A stretch of 64,000 nt of DNA from Dongiaceae bacterium (GTDB lineage Bacteria > Pseudomonadota > Alphaproteobacteria > Dongiales > Dongiaceae), in contig DASSBF010000095.1 in NCBI GenBank assembly GCA_035699005.1, forward strand, positions 3,691 through 67,690, in the 5' to 3' direction. The position numbers were made by a program, and so were the translations under genes. This document shows positions 58,628 through 64,000 of the stretch, piece by piece. The notes beneath the pieces are model-generated. The model worked only from the letters and a program-made list of their open reading frames with translations, made no database searches and was not told where the DNA came from. Position 1 is the stretch's first letter. Each line of letters starts with the position of its first letter.

Positions 58628-59373
58628 AGATCGAATTCCCGGGCAGGCGCGTCATCGTGACCGGCGCGGGCCACGGATTCGGACGCGCCATCAGCAAGGC
58701 GTTCGCGGAAGCCGGCGCACAGGTCTGGGCTTGCGACCTCAATGCCGCGGGCTTGCAGGAGACCAGGGCGCTGTGTGGCTGCGACGTGCGCACCTTGGAT
58801 GTCTCGGACCGCGCCGCCGTCGCGGCCTTCGTCGTGGAAGCGGAAGGCGGCAAGGCGATCGACGTGCTGGTCAACAACGCCGGCGGCGTGCGCGGCCAGA
58901 TCGGGCAGCCGATCGAGGAGATCTCCGAGCAGGACTGGCACACCATCTTCGACGTCAACGTGACGGGCGCCTTCTATTGCGCCCAGGCGGTGGTGCCCGG
59001 CATGAAGCAGATGAAGCGCGGGCGCATCATCAACATCTCCAGCCGCGCCGGGATCGAGATCAGCCTCACCGGCATCCAGGCCTACGCCTCGGCCAAGGCC
59101 GCGCAGATCGGCCTCACCCGGCAACTCGCGCATGAACTGGGGCCATGGGGCATCACGGTCAACAACGTCGCGCCGGGCTTCGTCCGCTCCAACCCGACCA
59201 CCGAGAAGCAGTGGCAATCGTACGGCGAGGAGGGCCAGCGCAAATTGGTGGAATCGATCGCGCTGAAGCGCCTGGGATCGCCGGAGGACATCGCCCATGC
59301 GGTCATGTTCTTCGCCTCGGACCATGCCGGCTGGATCACAGGGCAGGTGCTGTCGGTCGATGGAGGGAAATAG
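58624..59373 (+). CDS. Short-chain dehydrogenase/reductase
   Basis: TGAGHGFG, NNAG, YASAK (YxxxK) and ITGQVLSVDGG motifs; GTG start overlapping the upstream stop. Confidence 0.92.
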   Translation: MKIEFPGRRVIVTGAGHGFGRAISKAFAEAGAQVWACDLNAAGLQETRALCGCDVRTLDVSDRAAVAAFVVEAEGGKAIDVLVNNAGGVRGQIGQPIEEISEQDWHTIFDVNVTGAFYCAQAVVPGMKQMKRGRIINISSRAGIEISLTGIQAYASAKAAQIGLTRQLAHELGPWGITVNNVAPGFVRSNPTTEKQWQSYGEEGQRKLVESIALKRLGSPEDIAHAVMFFASDHAGWITGQVLSVDGGK

Positions 59374-59377
59374 CCGC

Positions 59378-60808
59378 ATGCGCCCGCTGGACTATGTCGA
59401 GACCCGCCGTGCCGAGATCATCGACGAGCTGATCGCGTTCGCCCGCATTCCCAGTGTCAGCACCGACCCCGCTTATGCGGCGCACATCGCTGCCGGCGCG
59501 GAATGGGTCGCCGAGCGCATGCGGCGCGCGGGCCTGGAGCACGTCAAGGTCAACCCGACCGAAGGACACCCCATCGTCACCGCCGACTGGCTGCATGCGG
59601 AGGGTGCGCCGACCATCCTGGTCTACGGCCACTACGACGTGCAGCCGCCCGATCCGGTGGAGAAATGGCAAAGCCCGCCGTTCGAGCCGACGATCCGGGA
59701 CAACCGGCTTTATGCCCGCGGCGTCTCCGACGACAAGGGGCCGATGCTGATCCCGATCAAGACGGCCGAGGCCTTCATCAGGACCACAGGAAAGCTGCCG
59801 ATCAACCTGAAGCTGGTGATCGAAGGCGAGGAAGAGCGCGGCAGCGCGCATCTGGGCGCCTTCGTCGCGGCCCATGCCGGGCAGCTGGGCGCGGATTTCG
59901 TGCTCTCAGCCGACGGCGCGATGTGGCGGCCAGACGAGCCGTCGATCACGGTCGCCAGCCGCGGCATCGCCGCCCTGGAATTCACCGTCACCGGCGCCGC
60001 GAAGGACCTGCATTCCGGCCGGCATGGCGGCGGTGTCGCCAACCCGCTGCACGCTATCGCGGCCCTGGTCGCGAGCCTGCACGATGCGGACCATCGCATC
60101 GCGGTTGCCGGCTTCTACGATGAGGTAAAACCGGTCGGCAACTCGGCGCGCCAGGCGATCCACGACCTGCCGTTCAGCGAGGGCAAATACCTGCAGGCGA
60201 TCGGTGCGCCGGCGGGTGTCGGCGAGGCCGGCTACACGCTGCTGGAGCGGCAGTGGCTGCGTCCGACGCTGGAGCTCAACGGCTTGTGGGGCGGCTACCA
60301 GGGGCCGGGCACCAAGACCGTGATCCCGAGCACGGCCGGCGCCAAGATCACCTGCCGGCTGGTGCCGGACCAGGAACCGGACCGGATCGTCGCTCTCATC
60401 TCCGACCATCTGCGCCGGCACTCCCCGCCCGGCGTCACGCTGGACATCGTCCCCGGCGACCATGGCTCCAGGGCCTATGCGGTGCCGGACGATCACCCCG
60501 GCCTCGCCCTCGCCGAGCGCGTGCTCCAGGAGGTCTACGACAAGCCGAGCATCCGCGTGCGCATGGGCGCCACCATCCCGATCGGCCTCATCTTCCGCCA
60601 GGCGCTCGGCGCCGAGACGGTCTTCTTCTCGTTCTCGACCGCGGACGAGGACTATCACGCGCCCAACGAGTTCTTCCGCCTGCAGCGCCTCGACGACGGT
60701 TTGAAGGCCTGGATCCGCTATTGGGAGCTGCTGGGCCAGCGCAAGGCGGCCGAGATGTTTCCATCGCGCTCAAAGATCGCGACCGGAGCGCATGCCCGGC
60801 GCGCATAA
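59378..60808 (+). CDS. M20-family dipeptidase
   Basis: YGHYDVQP, RGVSDDKG, EGEEE, DLHSG and HAPNE motifs. Confidence 0.92.
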   Translation: MRPLDYVETRRAEIIDELIAFARIPSVSTDPAYAAHIAAGAEWVAERMRRAGLEHVKVNPTEGHPIVTADWLHAEGAPTILVYGHYDVQPPDPVEKWQSPPFEPTIRDNRLYARGVSDDKGPMLIPIKTAEAFIRTTGKLPINLKLVIEGEEERGSAHLGAFVAAHAGQLGADFVLSADGAMWRPDEPSITVASRGIAALEFTVTGAAKDLHSGRHGGGVANPLHAIAALVASLHDADHRIAVAGFYDEVKPVGNSARQAIHDLPFSEGKYLQAIGAPAGVGEAGYTLLERQWLRPTLELNGLWGGYQGPGTKTVIPSTAGAKITCRLVPDQEPDRIVALISDHLRRHSPPGVTLDIVPGDHGSRAYAVPDDHPGLALAERVLQEVYDKPSIRVRMGATIPIGLIFRQALGAETVFFSFSTADEDYHAPNEFFRLQRLDDGLKAWIRYWELLGQRKAAEMFPSRSKIATGAHARRA

Positions 60809-60829
60809 CGCTTGACGGGGAGAGATGCG

Positions 60830-62179
60830 ATGCCGCGCGATCTGTTCTTCGCCTCGATCGCTGAGTTGGGCGCGCGGTATCGCGGCCGCTCGGTGTCGCC
60901 GATCGAGGTGACGCGCCGGACCTTGGAGCGGATCGCGAAGCTCGACCCCGTGCTCAACAGCTTCATCGCCGTGCTGAAGGCGGACAGCATCGCCGAGGCG
61001 GAGAAAGCCGAGCAGGACCTGCGAGCCGGCCGGGATCGTGGGCCCTTGCACGGCGTTCCGGTCGCCATCAAGGACCTGATCGAGGTCGCGGGCGCGCCGA
61101 CGACCTTCGCCTCGCGCGCGGGCAGCCCGCGCATCGCGACTTCGGATGCCGCGCTGGTGCGGAACCTGAGGGAGGCAGGCGCCGTCATCCTCGGCAAGAC
61201 CAACCTGCTGGAATACGCCTATGGCGCCGTGCATCCGGATTTCGGGCAGACCAACAATCCATGGGATGCCAGGCGTACCTCCGGCGGCTCGAGCGGTGGG
61301 TCCGCAGCCGCGGTTGCCGCCGGCCTCGCCTTCGCGGCGGTCGGCACCGATACCGGCGGATCGATCCGCATTCCCGCATCCTATTGCGGCGTCGTGGGCC
61401 TGAAGCCAACCTATGGCCGGGTGAACCTGGAAGGCGTGCAGGCGCTCTCGCCCTCGCTCGACCATGCCGGGCCGCTGGCACGTTCCTGCGCGGATGCCGC
61501 CCTGCTGCTCGCCGGCATGGCCGGCCAGAAAATCCAACTGACGCCCCGGGGCATGTCCGGCCTGCGGATCGGGGTCATGCGGCATCCCGGCGCGGAGCGC
61601 TTCCTCCAACCCGGGATCGTGGCTTTGTTCGAGCACGCGGTCCATGTTCTCAAAGAGGCCGGCGCCCATGTCGAGCCGGTCGAGATCGAGTCCCTGGAGC
61701 TGGCATCCGGCGCCGTGGTGACGATCATCGAACCCGAGGCGAGCCTGATCCACCAAGCGCTCTTGCGTGACCAGCCGCAGGGTTTCTCCGCAATCACGCG
61801 CGCGCAGATCGAGGCCGGGTTCAACATCAGCGCGGTCCGCTATCTCGAGGCGAAACAGACCCAATCGAAATTGCGTGACGGCTTCCGGCGCCTGTTCGAG
61901 ACCGTCGATGCGATCATCTCGCCGTCCGTACCCTGGGTAGCGCCAGCAGAGGATCCGCCGATCGGCGGCCAAAGCGGCGAAGGCGAAATGCTCTATAGCG
62001 GCGTCTACAACCTGGTGGGCCTGCCCGCCCTCAGCATCCCATGCGGCGTGACCGGCGACGGGCTGCCCGCGGGATTGCAGATCGTGACACCCTGGAACAC
62101 CGACCAGCTTGCGCTGTCCGTCGGCGCAGCGCTCGAACGGCATTTGCCGCTGACGCAAAGCCCCATGACCGCCGCCTAG
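60830..62179 (+). CDS. Amidase signature family protein
   Basis: [23 protein letters not shown] and [13 protein letters not shown] motifs. Confidence 0.93.
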   Translation: MPRDLFFASIAELGARYRGRSVSPIEVTRRTLERIAKLDPVLNSFIAVLKADSIAEAEKAEQDLRAGRDRGPLHGVPVAIKDLIEVAGAPTTFASRAGSPRIATSDAALVRNLREAGAVILGKTNLLEYAYGAVHPDFGQTNNPWDARRTSGGSSGGSAAAVAAGLAFAAVGTDTGGSIRIPASYCGVVGLKPTYGRVNLEGVQALSPSLDHAGPLARSCADAALLLAGMAGQKIQLTPRGMSGLRIGVMRHPGAERFLQPGIVALFEHAVHVLKEAGAHVEPVEIESLELASGAVVTIIEPEASLIHQALLRDQPQGFSAITRAQIEAGFNISAVRYLEAKQTQSKLRDGFRRLFETVDAIISPSVPWVAPAEDPPIGGQSGEGEMLYSGVYNLVGLPALSIPCGVTGDGLPAGLQIVTPWNTDQLALSVGAALERHLPLTQSPMTAA

Positions 62180-62207
62180 ACTGCCGGCCCATGTACCCTG
62201 CGCCTTG

Positions 62208-63206
62208 TCAGACGGGAACCGCGGCGACGGCGATGCAGTCGCCGGCTTTTACCAGGCCAGGGAAATGGCGGCCGGCCAGGATGCCGTCCATGGCCGCGCG
62301 ATACTGCGCCGGCCGCACGCCGGTCCGGTCGGCGGGCCAGACCTGCGCGATGACATCGCCTTTCCGCAGCGGCTGCCCGAGATCGATGCAGGTCTCGATC
62401 AGACCGTCCTGCTCGCTGAACGTGAAGCATTCGCCGCCCGGCATGTCGAGCATCCGGGATGGCACCTGCTCCGCCTTGCCCTCGAGGATGCCGGCATGGA
62501 TGAGGAGATTGCGCACGCCGCGTTTGGCGACCGCGACCGTGCCGGCGCGCGTGGTGCCGCCGCCGCCGAGTTCGGTCGAGATGAAGACCTTTCCCATCTC
62601 CTCCGCAGCGGTGTCGTACATGCCGACATTGTCGATCTCGAGCAGCATCATGGAATAGGGCGCGTTGAAGGCCCGCATCGCGGCAACGCATGCCGCCTCG
62701 TGCTTCGGATCGGGCAGGCGATGGGCGCAGCAGAACGGCACGAACTCCAGCGTCTTGCCGCCGGAATGGAGGTCCAGCACGATGTCGGCCAACGGCAGCA
62801 GCGCGCGCTGGAAATAGTCCGCGATCTTCTCCGTCACGCTGCCGTCGGGCTTGCCGGGGAAAATGCGGTTCAGGTTCCCCCTGTCGATCGGCGATGTCCT
62901 GGTGGCGGCGCGGAACGCCGGATAGTTCATCGCCGGCACGATGATGACCCGGCCCGACAACTCCGCGGGATCGATCGATGACGCCAGGTTCATCAAGGCG
63001 ACCGGACCTTCATACTCATCGCCATGATTGGCGCCCGTGAGAAGCGCGGTCGGCCCCTTCCCCCTTTTCGCCACGGTGATCGGGATCATCACCGCGCCCC
63101 AGGCTGAATCATCGCGGCTGTGGGGTAGGCGCAGGAAGCCGTGCTGCACGCCGTCGCGCTCGAAATCCACCGTCGCGGAGATCGGGTTGGCCCGCTTCTC
63201 CATCAT
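62208..63206 (-). CDS. doeB: N-alpha-acetyl-L-2,4-diaminobutyrate deacetylase (ectoine catabolism; EutE)
   Basis: GVQHGFL.LP.SRDDSAWG, NHGDEYEG, DLHSGGKTL.F and TELGGGG motifs. Confidence 0.9.
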   Translation of the reverse strand: MMEKRANPISATVDFERDGVQHGFLRLPHSRDDSAWGAVMIPITVAKRGKGPTALLTGANHGDEYEGPVALMNLASSIDPAELSGRVIIVPAMNYPAFRAATRTSPIDRGNLNRIFPGKPDGSVTEKIADYFQRALLPLADIVLDLHSGGKTLEFVPFCCAHRLPDPKHEAACVAAMRAFNAPYSMMLLEIDNVGMYDTAAEEMGKVFISTELGGGGTTRAGTVAVAKRGVRNLLIHAGILEGKAEQVPSRMLDMPGGECFTFSEQDGLIETCIDLGQPLRKGDVIAQVWPADRTGVRPAQYRAAMDGILAGRHFPGLVKAGDCIAVAAVPV

Positions 63207-63222
63207 CCGTACTCCCGTGATC

Positions 63223-63915
63223 TTATTTTCGGCCGTCCGGGTAGCGCTTCATGCGCTTGACGCTCATCGAGATGTGGCTGCGGCGGATATGGCCCACCGC
63301 CTCCAGGTCGCCCACCTCCATGGCCTGCAGGATGTCGGCCATCTCGCGCCGGAACACCACGATCTCGTCCGGCAGGTTGAGGTGCGGCACCGATTTGAGC
63401 CAGATGCGGGTGGTGAGATAGTACAGCCGCTCGGAAATCTCGCGCAAAGGCGCGTTGCCGACCATCGCGCCCAGCTCCTGGAAGAAATCCATGTTGAGCC
63501 GGGCATAGGCATTGGCATCCGGCTTCTTCAGCAGCTTGTCGCAGCGCACCAGCAAGGCGCGTACCCGCGCCAGGTCGGCCTCGCCGCGCGGGATCGGGTC
63601 GAGCTTGCCGATCAGCTCGGCCAGCTCCATGCGCAGCTGGAACACCTGCGCCAGCGAATCGATGTCGACATCGGTGACGAAGGTCCCTACGCCGTGGCGG
63701 CTTTCGAGCAGGCCCTCGCTCTCCAGCCGGGAAAGCACGCGGCGGATCGGCGTGCGGGAGACGTGGAACTCGCGCGCCAACTCCTCCTCGCCCAGCCGAT
63801 CCGCTGGGTGGTATTCCAGCAGGCAGATGCGGTCGCGGATCGTCTTGTAGATCCGCTCGAACCGCTCCCGCGACATGCTGAGCGGCCGCTCCAGGTTCTC
63901 GTCATAGGTGCTCAT
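63223..63915 (-). CDS. GntR-family regulator (FadR/FCD type)
   Basis: IRDRICLL.Y.P..RL.EE.LA.EF.VSRTPIR HTH and a helical C-terminal domain. Confidence 0.9.
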   Translation of the reverse strand: MSTYDENLERPLSMSRERFERIYKTIRDRICLLEYHPADRLGEEELAREFHVSRTPIRRVLSRLESEGLLESRHGVGTFVTDVDIDSLAQVFQLRMELAELIGKLDPIPRGEADLARVRALLVRCDKLLKKPDANAYARLNMDFFQELGAMVGNAPLREISERLYYLTTRIWLKSVPHLNLPDEIVVFRREMADILQAMEVGDLEAVGHIRRSHISMSVKRMKRYPDGRK

Positions 63916-64000
63916 ACCGCCTCCAGGACGGCGCGCAGGAACTGCTGGGTCCGTTCGTTCTTCGGGGCGGTGAACAGTTCCCGCGGCACGCCCTGCTCGG
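63912..64000 (-). CDS. 3' end of a polar amino-acid ABC ATPase (EhuA-like), truncated by the window edge
   Basis: ...EQGVPRELFTAPKNERTQQFLRAVLEAV*; ATGA overlap with gntR; doeB nearby. Confidence 0.7.
   Translation of the reverse strand, partial: EQGVPRELFTAPKNERTQQFLRAVLEAV

Overview
A GC-rich window of alphaproteobacterial type (taxonomy inferred from gene content and CtrA-like boxes), with no rRNA, tRNA, CRISPR array or transposase. It has six blocks. (1) 1-5.6 kb: a LysR regulator divergent from a TorT-like binding protein, a ribose-family ABC transporter and pxpA. (2) 5.6-14.1 kb: a type I secretion system (HlyB/HlyD) with two paralogous RTX proteins whose N-terminal beta-helix resembles PL9 lyases, preceded by a perfect CtrA-type box. 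(3) 14.4-37.7 kb: a lanthanide-dependent methanol oxidation island with a FIST(NosP-like)/hybrid kinase/LuxR-type regulator trio, fghA, GST, a PqqT-like ABC system, xoxF-xoxG-xoxJ, pqqABCDE (pqqA is absent from the ORF track), cytochrome c, a Lut/Ped-type ABC system, a pentapeptide-repeat protein and several small Cys-containing exported proteins. Five intergenic regions in this island share a 16-bp 7-2-7 motif, T-Y-R-K-N-CT-TT-GG-N3-R-A, a candidate regulon operator. (4) 38-48.6 kb: a sugar ABC transporter converging on an SgcQ/BtpA-M42-FGGY kinase operon, plus a D-apiose-dehydrogenase-like enzyme. (5) 48.6-62.2 kb: a Dpp-type ABC system with an M32 carboxypeptidase, divergent from an extended YtrA-like GntR regulator and five catabolic enzymes, with twin operators between them. 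(6) 62.2-64 kb: the end of an ectoine utilisation locus. Product calls come from recognised motifs and recalled family knowledge; no searches were run.
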